Assembly: GCA_963711035.1 (NCBI GenBank)
Contig: CAVQCN010000001.1
Span: 816,900 to 880,899, forward strand
Source of the DNA: an uncultured Chloroflexia bacterium
GTDB lineage: Bacteria; Chloroflexota; Dehalococcoidia; DSTF01; WHTK01
DNA: 64,000 nucleotides
Direction: 5' to 3'
Made by a program: the position numbers and the translations under genes. Below the pieces are notes generated by a model. It ran no database searches. It saw only the letters and a list, made by a program, of their open reading frames with translations, and was not told the DNA's origin. This document shows positions 8,918 through 18,076 of this stretch, piece by piece (positions within the stretch are counted from its first letter, which is position 1; every line of letters starts with the position of its first letter).

Positions 8918-9346
8918 CTACAGGCTCTGACCGGTCAGGCCGAAGAGCAGGATCGCCAGCACGATCGTCGTGACAAGGACAAAAACCCAGTCCTTCTGCA
9001 GAAGGAACAGGAGCACGGTCATGGCAACGCGCAGGACGGGCGTAAGGATTAACACCAGCAGACCGAGGTCGACGATGGCGGTGCCGTTGCCACCGGCAAC
9101 TCCGTGGAGTATCGAACCAATCGAGGTTCGATTGGCGTAGTCGTTGTTCAACAGCTGGTGCAGGGAAGTCGGGTCGCCGGACGCAGGCCCACCGATCAGG
9201 AAGATGGCACCACCGACAACAACGATGAAGGCCGCCACGAGAACGCCCACACGCAGGACGTGACTGATCCAGAGCTCCATCGAGTGGGGCTCCGCCACTG
9301 GCGGAACGGGGCCGGATTGTGGCTCTTCGATCTCACTGCCAACCAT
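8918..9346 (-). CDS. DUF1634 membrane protein
   Basis: 142 aa with 3-4 TM helices. It lies immediately downstream of a TauE/SafE gene, the usual partner arrangement. Confidence 0.7.
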   Translation of the reverse strand: MVGSEIEEPQSGPVPPVAEPHSMELWISHVLRVGVLVAAFIVVVGGAIFLIGGPASGDPTSLHQLLNNDYANRTSIGSILHGVAGGNGTAIVDLGLLVLILTPVLRVAMTVLLFLLQKDWVFVLVTTIVLAILLFGLTGQSL

Positions 9347-9360
9347 GTGCCAACCCCCAG

Positions 9361-10203
9361 CTAGGCAATTCCGGCCCCCCGCAGCAGCATCTCGACCGAG
9401 ACGACAGCCAGCACACCGAGGAAGATCAAACGAACCGTTTCACTCCTAAAGCCAAGCAGCATCCGTGCGCCGCCCGTCGCACCGATAAGCACGCCGAGCG
9501 CCACGGGCCCCGCGACGACAGGCGCCACGTCTCCACGCCAGTAGTAGATGCCGGCGCTGGCCGCGGCGGTCACGCCGATCATGAAGTTGCTCGTCGCGGA
9601 TGACACCTTGATCGGCAGACCCATGGCCGTGTCCATCGCGAAGACCTTCAATGCACCCGCGCCAACGCCCAGCAGACCGGAAACCAACCCGGCGACGTAC
9701 ATCATGCCGAAGCCGAGCGGCACACCTTTCACACCATACGCAACGTTCACGCCGGCGACATGATCGGGATAGGTGCTGGCCAGCCGGAAGAATCGGGCCG
9801 TCCGATCGCTACCGAGCAGCACGGCTTCCTCGGTGTGGAGCTTACCGAGCATCGGCACGATCGAGACCAACAGCATTGCGCCGAATAGCAGAAACAGCAC
9901 CTGCGCGTTGACGAGCCCCGCGACCACCGCGCCGGTCACCGCACCACAGGATGTAGACAGCTCCAGCAGCATGCCGACGCGGATGTTGGTCAGATGGTCG
10001 CGGACGAACGCGGCTGCGGCGCCGCTCGACGTCGCGATGACCGAGACGATGCTGACCCCGACCGCGACACGTATGTCGAACCCGAAGACGAGGGTAAGCA
10101 GTGGCACAAGGACGATGCCGCCGCCGACGCCCACCAGGGAGCCGAGCAGACCGGCAAGGATAGCCGCGAGAAAGAGAAACAGGCTGAACAGCGACAGGTC
10201 CAA
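9361..10203 (-). CDS. TauE/SafE family sulfite/organosulfonate exporter (DUF81)
   Basis: 280-aa polytopic membrane protein with an internal duplication and glycine-rich helices. TTG start. Confidence 0.85.
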   Translation of the reverse strand: MDLSLFSLFLFLAAILAGLLGSLVGVGGGIVLVPLLTLVFGFDIRVAVGVSIVSVIATSSGAAAAFVRDHLTNIRVGMLLELSTSCGAVTGAVVAGLVNAQVLFLLFGAMLLVSIVPMLGKLHTEEAVLLGSDRTARFFRLASTYPDHVAGVNVAYGVKGVPLGFGMMYVAGLVSGLLGVGAGALKVFAMDTAMGLPIKVSSATSNFMIGVTAAASAGIYYWRGDVAPVVAGPVALGVLIGATGGARMLLGFRSETVRLIFLGVLAVVSVEMLLRGAGIA

Positions 10204-10237
10204 CTGGATAATCCCGTTATATGTAATCTCTTACAGG

Positions 10238-10246
10238 ATTATACCA
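10238..10246 (-). promoter_or_regulatory. Candidate extended -10 (TGGTATAAT) for the TauE-DUF1634 operon
   Basis: The minus strand reads TGGTATAAT about 35 nt upstream of the TTG start. The site is flanked by the 7-bp inverted repeat ATAATCC/GGATTAT (10209-10215 and 10236-10242). Confidence 0.35.
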
Positions 10247-10256
10247 GACAAATCAT

Positions 10257-11030
10257 TCAGGTCAGGCCTTCCCCGGCCCTCTCGAGGCGAACTTTGAAGC
10301 GGTACCGATCGCCCCGGATCACGCTGATACGCAGCTCAATCACCCTCTCGGCCGCGTAGCCAATGCGCTCCACCAGGAAAGCCGGCTCACCGAACGAAAC
10401 GCCCAGCAGTGGCGCCTCGGCTCGTTCGATCGTGATCGGTCGCAGCGTCTCCTCCGCGTGCTCGACCCGCAGGCCGCAAAACTTCTCCAACAAGTCGTAG
10501 AGCGGATCCTGCTCGAGGCGATCGACAGGCAACTTCTGTCCGCAGCCGGAGGCGACATAGGTGGTTTCGATCGCGAAGGGCTCGCCGTCGACCAGACGAA
10601 GGCGTCTGATCTCGTGTACGAGGGCGTCGGCGCTGCCTCCCAGCAGTGGAGAGGCGCGGTCGTCAACCAGCGCCTGAAAACCGAGCAGCCGGCTCGATGG
10701 CAAGCGTCCCTGCGATTCCAGCGTGTGGATGAAGCTGTACAAACCACCGAGGCCCTGCTCGACGAACGGCTCCGATACGAAGGTCCCGGTGCCCCGTTTG
10801 CGCTGAACGAGGCCGCGGCGCGCCAGATTGGTCAGCGCGACGTTGACGGTCTGCCGGCTGATGCCGAGCTGGCGAGCGAGCTCCGCTTCCGGCGGCAGCG
10901 CCTCGCCCGGAACCAGCGATCCCGCCTCGATGGCATGCCGCAACGAGAGCGTGAGCTGCTGATACAACGGCAGCGGGTTGTCCGCATCGAGGTCGGCGCC
11001 AATTCGCGCCAGGAGGTCGGCGTTGCTCAT
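10257..11030 (-). CDS. GntR family transcriptional regulator (HutC/UTRA subfamily)
   Basis: N-terminal wHTH (LPPEAELARQLGISRQTVNVALTNLARRGLVQRKRGTGTFV) plus a UTRA-like C-terminal domain. Confidence 0.9.
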   Translation of the reverse strand: MSNADLLARIGADLDADNPLPLYQQLTLSLRHAIEAGSLVPGEALPPEAELARQLGISRQTVNVALTNLARRGLVQRKRGTGTFVSEPFVEQGLGGLYSFIHTLESQGRLPSSRLLGFQALVDDRASPLLGGSADALVHEIRRLRLVDGEPFAIETTYVASGCGQKLPVDRLEQDPLYDLLEKFCGLRVEHAEETLRPITIERAEAPLLGVSFGEPAFLVERIGYAAERVIELRISVIRGDRYRFKVRLERAGEGLT

Positions 11031-11115
11031 GATGCGATGCTACTGCCTGGTCTGGGGGCTGTCACTTGGAGGGTTTGAATGCCCCGCGCCCTTTCGAGCC
11101 GCTAGACTCTACGGC

Positions 11116-11945
11116 ATGGACAAACCGATCGGCGTATTCGACTCCGGCATCGGCGGGCTGACCGTCGTGAGCGAGATCGTGGCGGCGCTGCCGGGCGAGA
11201 GCATCGTCTTCCTCGGTGATACGGCGCGCGTCCCCTACGGCACCCGCGGCCCGGAGGTCATCAGCCGCTTCGCCAGCGAGCTGGCCGACTTCCTCACCGA
11301 GCTCGACGTCAAGTACCTCGTCGCGGCCTGCAACACGATCTCCTCCACCTGCCTGGACGTCATCGAGGAACGCTCACCGGTACCGGTGCTCGGCGTCGTC
11401 TCGCCCGCCGTGCGCGCCGCGGTGCGCCAGACGCGGACCGGACGCATCGGCGTCATCGGCACGCGCGCCACGGTCGCGAGCAGCGTCTACGAGCGGCGCA
11501 TCAAGGCGCTAGACGGCCGCATCGAGGTGTTTTCCGCCGCCTGCCCCATGTTCGTGCCGCTGGCCGAGGAAGGCATGCTCGACACCTCAGCGACGCGCCT
11601 CATCGCCGAGGACTACCTGCGCGAGCTGCGCAGCAAAGACATAGACGTGCTGATCCTCGGCTGCACCCACTACCCCATCCTGCGCGGCGTCATCCAGGAC
11701 GTCATCGGGCCCGACGTCACGCTGGTCGATTCGTCCCACCCAACGGCCACCGAGCTCTCGGCCAGCCTGCGAGACCTGCATCTGACGCGCGAGAGCGCGC
11801 CACGCCCGACTACCGCCTCTACGTCACGGACGCGCCGCAGCGGGTGCAGCAGGTTGCCGCCATGTTCTTCGGCAGACCCCTGCCCGCGGACCTGAGCAAG
11901 GTCACCCTGACGGAGGCGCCCGCCCAGCTGCAGCCGGAGGCTTAG
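11116..11945 (+). pseudogene. murI: Glutamate racemase, frame broken near the 3' end as sequenced (probably a 1-nt deletion artefact)
   Basis: MDKPIGVFDSGIGGLTV..., GCTHYP. The in-frame tail after about 11806 is Arg/Ser/Thr/Pro-rich junk, whereas the next frame encodes the family-typical DYRLYVTDAPQRVQQVAAMFFGRPL... ending at TAG 11943-11945. Length 830 nt plus 1 equals 277 codons. Confidence 0.85.
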
Positions 11946-12023
11946 TGCAAAGTTCAGAGGGCAGAATTCAGGAAGACGCACCGTATTCGCTGCACTCTGC
12001 GCTTTGCGATCTGCACTCGTCCC

Positions 12024-13121
12024 CTACTCCATCACGACGATGGCGCGTCCCGTGATCTCGCCGCGGTTCAGCGCCTCGTAGGCGTCACCGGCCTCGGCGA
12101 GGCTGTAACGACGCGTGATCAGGCTGCCGGGGTTCACCTGGCCGTGCGCCACCATGCGGATGACCTGCGGCAGGTCGTTGCGCATACGGGCGCCGTAGGA
12201 GCCGACGATGCTGACGCTGCGCCGCACGAGGCGCGTGATCTCGAAGTTCGCGGGGTCGGTCGGCGGCGCCAGGCCCACCAGCACGACCTTGCCGCCGTCG
12301 CGCACGCCGTCGAAGGCGCTTGCGAAGGTGCGGCTGTTGCCCAACGCTTCGAACACCACGTCGACGCCGCCGTTCGTCATGCGCTTGAGCGCCGTCGCGG
12401 TGTCTTCCTGCGTAGCGTCGATCACGTCGGTCGCGCCCAGCTTGCGCGCCGCCGCCAGCTTGTCCTCGCGAATGTCGACGGCGATGACGTCGGTGGCGCC
12501 CATCGCCCGCGCAAACTGGATGATGTTGGAGCCGACGCCGCCGATGCCGATCACAGCAACGGACTGGCCGCCCGTCACCTGTCCCTGGTTCTTCACCGCC
12601 GAAAACGCAGTCGGCACAGCGCAGCCCAGGATGCACATCTCCTCGACGTTCAGGTCGGCGGGCAAAGGGAAGACGGATGTGGCCGGCGCGACGGCGTACT
12701 GTGCCAGGCCGCTCATGCTGTACATGGTCAGCGGCGAGCCGTCCGGGCGGAAGAGACGCGTCTCGCCGTCGTAGAAGACGCCCTTGGCGCGCTGCATCGA
12801 GAAATACAGCTCGCACATGTCGTCCCGGCCTCGCGCGCAGTTGGCGCATCGGCCGCAGGGCAGGATGAAGGTGCAGACCACCGGGTCGCCGACTTTGACG
12901 TTGGTCACGTCCGGCGCCACCTCAACGACGTGGCCCGAGGCCTCATGGCCCAGCACCGTGGGCAGCGGGAACGGCAGGTCGCCGTTGATCACGTGCAGGT
13001 CGCTGTGACAGACGCCGCAGGCCGCAACTTTGATCAGCACCTCGCCGGCGCGCGGCCGCGGGTCGCGCACCTCTTCCACCCTGAGCGGCGTCCCCACCGC
13101 CTCGAACACTGCTGCCTTCAT
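12024..13121 (-). CDS. Zinc-dependent alcohol dehydrogenase (MDR family)
   Basis: 365 aa with CGVCHSD, GHEASGHVVEV, structural-zinc Cys cluster CGRCANCARG, and GIGGVG Rossmann motif. Confidence 0.9.
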   Translation of the reverse strand: MKAAVFEAVGTPLRVEEVRDPRPRAGEVLIKVAACGVCHSDLHVINGDLPFPLPTVLGHEASGHVVEVAPDVTNVKVGDPVVCTFILPCGRCANCARGRDDMCELYFSMQRAKGVFYDGETRLFRPDGSPLTMYSMSGLAQYAVAPATSVFPLPADLNVEEMCILGCAVPTAFSAVKNQGQVTGGQSVAVIGIGGVGSNIIQFARAMGATDVIAVDIREDKLAAARKLGATDVIDATQEDTATALKRMTNGGVDVVFEALGNSRTFASAFDGVRDGGKVVLVGLAPPTDPANFEITRLVRRSVSIVGSYGARMRNDLPQVIRMVAHGQVNPGSLITRRYSLAEAGDAYEALNRGEITGRAIVVME

Positions 13122-13227
13122 GCTGCCCCTCCTGTCTGCCTCTGAACGGAACGCCCATACCTTACACGACCGTTCGCCGCCTTGCTGCTAGACTCAACTG
13201 CACGCGACCGACTAGCACGGAGGGAAC

Positions 13228-14412
13228 ATGAGCGGCGCGCTCGATGATCTGCGAGTTCTCGATCTTTCTACCGAAGTAGCAGGGCCGTTTTGTGCCCGGC
13301 TGCTGGGCGACTTCGGCGCCGACGTCATCAAGGTAGAGCCACCCGGCGGCGAGACAGGCCGCAACCTGGAGCCGCTGTCCGATAAGGTCACCGGCCCGGA
13401 GCGCAGCGCCTTCTTCGCCTACCTCAACTTCAACAAGCGCGGCATCGAACTCAATCTCGAGACGCCGCGCGGCCGTGAGCTCCTGCTCGACCTCGTGCGC
13501 CAGGCCGACGTCGTCGTCGAGAGCTTCGCGCCGGGATACCTCGAAGGCTTCGGCCTCGGCTTCGACGCGCTCGAGGCGGTGAAGCCGGGCCTCGTCATGA
13601 CCTCCATCACGCCGTACGGCCAGACGGGGCCGTGGCGCGACCGTCCCGGCAACGACCTCACTGCCTTCGCCGCGTCCGGCTGGGCGGTGGCCAACCGAAC
13701 CGGCAACAGCCCGCCGCTGAAGTCGTCCGGCCATCAGGCCTGCTTCGTCGCCGCCGAGAACGCCTTCTTTGGCACGATCAGCGCCCTCTACTACCGCGAC
13801 CGCCATGGGGTCGGCCAGCAGGTCGACGTCTCGATCCTGGAGACGCTGACCGAGTACTTCAGCCCGCGCTTCCTGGAGGTGCAGCACTCCGACGTGGTCG
13901 GCCGGCCGCGCCTCGACAAGCCAGACTTCTTCTCGGGCCCGGTGCCCTGCCAGGACGGCTACTTCGCCATGACAATCAGCCGCGAGCACTTCTGGCGCGA
14001 CGCCATGAACGTGCTCGGTCTGCCCGACCTGGCCGACGCCGAGAACTACTGGTCGCGTCTGGACCACCGCGAGGAGCTGATCGCACGTGTCGACCCGGCC
14101 ATCGCCCAGTGGCAGAAGCAGGACCTGTTCGAGGCGCTCTCGCTCATGCGTGTCGTCGGAGGCATGGTGCTGAACACGGAAGAGGTCTACGCCAACGAGC
14201 ACCTGCGCGACCGCGAGTACTTCGTCGAGATCGACGACCCCGACCTGGGCAAGTTCGAGGTGCCGGGCGCGCCGTTCAAGATGGAGGCCACGCCCTGGTC
14301 GATGCGCCGCCGCTCGCCCCGCCTCGGCGAGCACACGGACGAGGTGCTGCGCGAGCTGCTGCAGCTGAACGACGGCGCCATCGCGGCGCTGCACCAGGAA
14401 GGAGTCGCTTGA
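13228..14412 (+). CDS. Family III CoA-transferase (CaiB/BaiF)
   Basis: 394 aa. LRVLDLSTEVAGPFCARLLGDFGADVIKVE is the canonical N-terminus of this family. Confidence 0.9.
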   Translation: MSGALDDLRVLDLSTEVAGPFCARLLGDFGADVIKVEPPGGETGRNLEPLSDKVTGPERSAFFAYLNFNKRGIELNLETPRGRELLLDLVRQADVVVESFAPGYLEGFGLGFDALEAVKPGLVMTSITPYGQTGPWRDRPGNDLTAFAASGWAVANRTGNSPPLKSSGHQACFVAAENAFFGTISALYYRDRHGVGQQVDVSILETLTEYFSPRFLEVQHSDVVGRPRLDKPDFFSGPVPCQDGYFAMTISREHFWRDAMNVLGLPDLADAENYWSRLDHREELIARVDPAIAQWQKQDLFEALSLMRVVGGMVLNTEEVYANEHLRDREYFVEIDDPDLGKFEVPGAPFKMEATPWSMRRRSPRLGEHTDEVLRELLQLNDGAIAALHQEGVA

Positions 14413-15704
14413 TGCAGCAGGAAGGCGTCAAGCCGCGCAACCCCACCGGTCCGCTCAACGGCATCCGCGCTATCGTCCTCACGCACGCCTGGGCCGGCGC
14501 CTTCTGCACGCAGATGCTGGGCATGATGGGCGTCGACCTCATCCAGGTCGAATCGCGCCAGCGCCTCGACTCCTGGCGCGGCGGCACCTACAACGCGAAG
14601 GTGCCGGAGAAGCTGCGCGACCTGCCGTCGGCGGTGCACGGCTGGAACACACAGGCGCTCTACAACAGCGTCAACCACAGCAAACGCGTGATCACGATCA
14701 ACCTCAGTCATCCTGAAGGCGTAGCGCTGTACAAGCGCCTCGTCCCGTACACCGACCTGATCATCGAGAACTTCAGCCCTCGTGTGATCGGCAACCTGGG
14801 TCTCAGCTTCGAGACGCTGCGCGAGATCAAGCCCGACCTCGTCATGGTGAGCATGGCTGCCTACGGCCATAGCGGGCCCTACGTCAACACGCCCGGCATC
14901 GGCGGCACCATCGAGCCGATGTCGGGCATGTCGAACCTGCTGGGCTACGAGGACGGCCCGCCGCTCAACTCCGGCCTCATGTACCCAGACCCGATCGCAG
15001 GCCTGTACGGCGCCATCGCCGCGCTGCTGGCGCTGCGCTACCGCGACCGCACCGGCGAGGGCCAGCATGTCGACCTGTCAATGCAGGAGGCGAACACGAC
15101 CTTCATCGGCGACGCGATGGTCGATTTCTCCGTCAACGGCCGCGTGCGCAGCCGCATCGGCAATCACCACGTCAGCCTGGCGCCGCACAACATGTATCCC
15201 TGCCGCGACGACAAGTGGATCGCGATCGCCGCAACGGACCAGGCGCAGTGGCAGACGCTCTGCCGCATCGCCGGCCACGCCGAGTGGGCAACCGATGCGC
15301 GCTTCGTCGACAACACGAGCCGCAAGCAGCACGAAGCCACGCTCGACGAGCTGCTCGGCGCCTGGACGCGAGAGCAGGACGCCTTCGCGCTGGAGGAGAG
15401 GCTGAGCAGCGCCGGCGTCACCGCTGCCGCGGCGCGAGACGCCGATGCGGTCGCAACGATGCCCCAGTTGGCCGCTCGGGACTTCATAGTCAACCTGCGT
15501 CACCCGGAGACGGGCGAGCTGCAGTACATCGGCGCGCCGATGAAGATGTCGGTCAGCACGCCCGCGGTCCGCACGCCGGCATCACTGCTGGGTGAGCACA
15601 GCTGGGAAGTCTTCCACGACCTGCTCGACATGACCGAAGAGGAGTACGACCGCCTGGTCGCCCTGGGCATCACCGGCAGCGGCCCGCCACCTGAGGTGGA
15701 CTAG
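14412..15704 (+). CDS. Family III CoA-transferase (CaiB/BaiF), second copy
   Basis: Real start is ATG 14412, overlapping the upstream stop (TGATG). IRAIVLTHAWAGAFCTQMLGMMGVDLIQVE. The track ORF start 13632 lies in a frame with junk sequence. Confidence 0.9.
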   Translation: MQQEGVKPRNPTGPLNGIRAIVLTHAWAGAFCTQMLGMMGVDLIQVESRQRLDSWRGGTYNAKVPEKLRDLPSAVHGWNTQALYNSVNHSKRVITINLSHPEGVALYKRLVPYTDLIIENFSPRVIGNLGLSFETLREIKPDLVMVSMAAYGHSGPYVNTPGIGGTIEPMSGMSNLLGYEDGPPLNSGLMYPDPIAGLYGAIAALLALRYRDRTGEGQHVDLSMQEANTTFIGDAMVDFSVNGRVRSRIGNHHVSLAPHNMYPCRDDKWIAIAATDQAQWQTLCRIAGHAEWATDARFVDNTSRKQHEATLDELLGAWTREQDAFALEERLSSAGVTAAAARDADAVATMPQLAARDFIVNLRHPETGELQYIGAPMKMSVSTPAVRTPASLLGEHSWEVFHDLLDMTEEEYDRLVALGITGSGPPPEVD

Positions 15705-15736
15705 ATGTGTTCTCTCCGGACGTGGAGGAGACGCGC

Positions 15737-16300
15737 TTAGCGCCTCGTCTCGTACCTGGTCAGAACCACCCCGCCGGGAAACGTCCGCGTCTCCACCAGG
15801 TTCAGGTTCACCCAGTTATCCAGCGCGGTGAAGAACGGCGTACCGCCGCCCACCAGGACCGGATGGGTGACGATCGTGTACTCGTCGATCAGCCCGGCCC
15901 GCATGGCCGCCCCGGCGAGCGTTGCACCACCAACCCTCATCGGCTCGCCGTCCTCAGCCTTGAGCCGGGTGATCTCCGCGACCGCGTCGCCGGTGAAAAG
16001 GCGGGTGTTCCAGTCGACCTTCTCCATCGCCGAGGAGAACACCACCTTTGGCGTGTCCCGCCAGTTCCGCGCGAACTCGATCTGCGCCGGGGTGGCATTG
16101 GGCTGCTGGTCGCCGGTCGGCCAGTAGGAACTCATGGCCTCCCACAGCTTGCGCCCATACAGCAACAGGCCAATCGCCAGCTCCTGATCGAGCCACCACT
16201 GAAACAGCTCGTCACTCGGCCAGCTCCACCCGAGGTCGCCGCCGGGCGCGGCGACGTAGCCATCCAGTGTCAGGTTCATGCCGTAGATCAGTTTCCGCAT
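15737..16300 (-). CDS. Dihydrofolate reductase family protein (RibD C-terminal domain-like)
   Basis: 187 aa. MRKLIYGMNLTLDGY...GGATLAGAAMRAGLIDEY...HPVLVGGG is typical of this family. Confidence 0.8.
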   Translation of the reverse strand: MRKLIYGMNLTLDGYVAAPGGDLGWSWPSDELFQWWLDQELAIGLLLYGRKLWEAMSSYWPTGDQQPNATPAQIEFARNWRDTPKVVFSSAMEKVDWNTRLFTGDAVAEITRLKAEDGEPMRVGGATLAGAAMRAGLIDEYTIVTHPVLVGGGTPFFTALDNWVNLNLVETRTFPGGVVLTRYETRR

Positions 16301-16349
16301 CGCGCCATACCCTTCCGCTCAGCCGGTCTCGGAAGTTCAGACCTGTTCA

Positions 16350-16458
16350 GCCCCCTCTCCGACTTCGGAGAGGGGGCAAGAGAACCCGACCAGCGTTATC
16401 AGCCAGAGAGCGAGGCAATGAGCTTCCTCTCCCTGTGGGAGAGGATTGAGGTGAGGGG
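16350..16458 (-). repeat. Family B composite palindromic repeat (copy 1, inverted relative to copies 2 and 3)
   Basis: 13-bp-stem hairpin GCCCCCTCTCCGA-CT-TCGGAGAGGGGGC (16350-16377) plus TCCTCTCCCTGTGGGAGAGGATTGAGGTGAGGGG (16425-16458). It lies downstream of the crotonase gene. Confidence 0.75.
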
Positions 16459-16478
16459 TTACTACTCCTCCGAGAGGC

Positions 16479-17294
16479 CTACTTCTTCGCCTCTTCCGAT
16501 GCCTTGAACCTCTCCAACGCGCCACCCACGCGTGAGAACTGGCGCTTGCCCTCGCTCAGACTACGGTCGGGCTGGTTCGCGGGCAGAAGCTGGCTGTGGA
16601 AGGCGGTGTTGATCGACCCCGAGTAGCCCTGGCGGTCGAGAACGTCGTGCACGGAGAACTTGACCAGGCGCAGGTACTCCGGGTCGGCCTCCGCAACGCG
16701 GGATGCGTAGGCCAGCGTCTCGCGCTCCAGGTCCGCCGGAGGGTAGAGGCGGTTGACGAAGCCGAGCTCGTGCGCCTCCTGCGCCTTGATGACGCGATTC
16801 TCGAACAGGAGCTCCTTGGTCTTTCGCGCACCCAGGTCGTACGGCACCGAGAAATACTGGAAGTGCGACGGTAAAAAGAGCGCGTCGTCCGCCGCGAAGA
16901 TGACGTCCATCGCGGAGGCGATCATCCAGCCGCCGAAGATGCAGTAGCCGTGCACCATGGCAATGGTCGGCTTCGGCAGATTACGCCAGTGAAACTGCGC
17001 GTCGATGTAGACCTGCTTCTGGCGAGCGTACACGTCCAGCGGGTTGTTCACGTCGTAGCCGCGCCGTTCGCGGTCGGCCAACTCATCCGGCGTGCCCAGG
17101 TCGTGGCCCGCGGAGAACGACGGGCCGTTGCCGGACAGAATGATCACCTTGACGTCGGGATCGACCTCAGCCTCGCCGAAGGCCGCGTCCATTTCTTCCA
17201 GGAGCTTCCAGCTCTGCGCGTTGCGATACCTCGGCCGGTTGAGGATGATCCGCGCTACCGTGCCGGGCTCGTAAATGATGTGCTCGTACGCCAT
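16479..17294 (-). CDS. Enoyl-CoA hydratase/isomerase (crotonase family)
   Basis: MAYEHIIYEPGTVARIILNRPRYRNAQS...SAGHDLG. Start trimmed to ATG 17294, which is preceded by AGGAGG. Confidence 0.9.
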   Translation of the reverse strand: MAYEHIIYEPGTVARIILNRPRYRNAQSWKLLEEMDAAFGEAEVDPDVKVIILSGNGPSFSAGHDLGTPDELADRERRGYDVNNPLDVYARQKQVYIDAQFHWRNLPKPTIAMVHGYCIFGGWMIASAMDVIFAADDALFLPSHFQYFSVPYDLGARKTKELLFENRVIKAQEAHELGFVNRLYPPADLERETLAYASRVAEADPEYLRLVKFSVHDVLDRQGYSGSINTAFHSQLLPANQPDRSLSEGKRQFSRVGGALERFKASEEAKK

Positions 17295-17369
17295 GTCGAT
17301 GCCTCCTGAACTGGGCGTGGCCAACCGCTGCGGCCCAGAGAATAGCATCCCGGCAGGAATAGACGAGCG

Positions 17370-17945
17370 TCAGGGATGGGGTTCCTGCTGGTTGAAGGCC
17401 CACGGCATCTGCGCCACGTGTTTCAAAACGTTCATGACGCTCGACCGCGAGTTGTTGGGCAACGGCTCGCCGCCGATCGTGACGAAGCAGCGATCCAGCC
17501 ACGGCCGAGCAACCTCCAACGTCCGCGGCACGTTCCGCTTGCGCAAGGTCATGTTGAGCATGGTCACCGGCCCGTCGCGGCCAATGCCGTCCGTCACAGT
17601 GAGGCGATAGCCTGCCTCGCGCAGAGCGTCGGCGACGGGTTGCACGTCAGCCTGCGAGATCATACGAACCTCGACGCTGCCCAGGCCCAAGCGCTGCGCC
17701 ATTACCATGCCGATCCCTGTACCGAGACCGAAGCCCAGGCCAAAGCCGACGATGTTGTACGGGTTGCCGAGGTCATTGAAGACGATACTGGCAGCGATGA
17801 CGTAGATCGTCGCCTCGAAGAAGCCGAGGACTGGCGCCGTGATCTGCCGGTTCTCGATGATGAATATGGTCTTAACCGTGCCGATGGAAACGTCGCAGGC
17901 ACGCAAGACCATAATCAGAAGCGCGGGCGCCAGGATGTCGAACAA
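17370..17945 (-). CDS. UPF0316 / DUF2179 family membrane protein
   Basis: 191 aa with N-terminal TM helices and a C-terminal DUF2179-like domain (VADALREAGYRLTVTDGIGRDG). Confidence 0.7.
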   Translation of the reverse strand: MFDILAPALLIMVLRACDVSIGTVKTIFIIENRQITAPVLGFFEATIYVIAASIVFNDLGNPYNIVGFGLGFGLGTGIGMVMAQRLGLGSVEVRMISQADVQPVADALREAGYRLTVTDGIGRDGPVTMLNMTLRKRNVPRTLEVARPWLDRCFVTIGGEPLPNNSRSSVMNVLKHVAQMPWAFNQQEPHP

Positions 17946-18023
17946 GGCGATTCGACCTTAGCTTGTGGTGACCTCTATGGGGAGCGGCTTGCAGGCGACC
18001 GCCCCCCACGAGTGCGGAAAACG

Positions 18024-18057
18024 AAGAGGAGCGTCAGAGTGTTCTGACGCTCCTCTT
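18024..18057 (-). terminator. Rho-independent terminator downstream of the methyltransferase gene
   Basis: Perfect 15-bp stem AAGAGGAGCGTCAGA / TCTGACGCTCCTCTT with a 4-nt loop. The minus strand continues CGTTTTCC. Confidence 0.75.
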
Positions 18058-18076
18058 ACACTGTGCCAGTTGGCCG

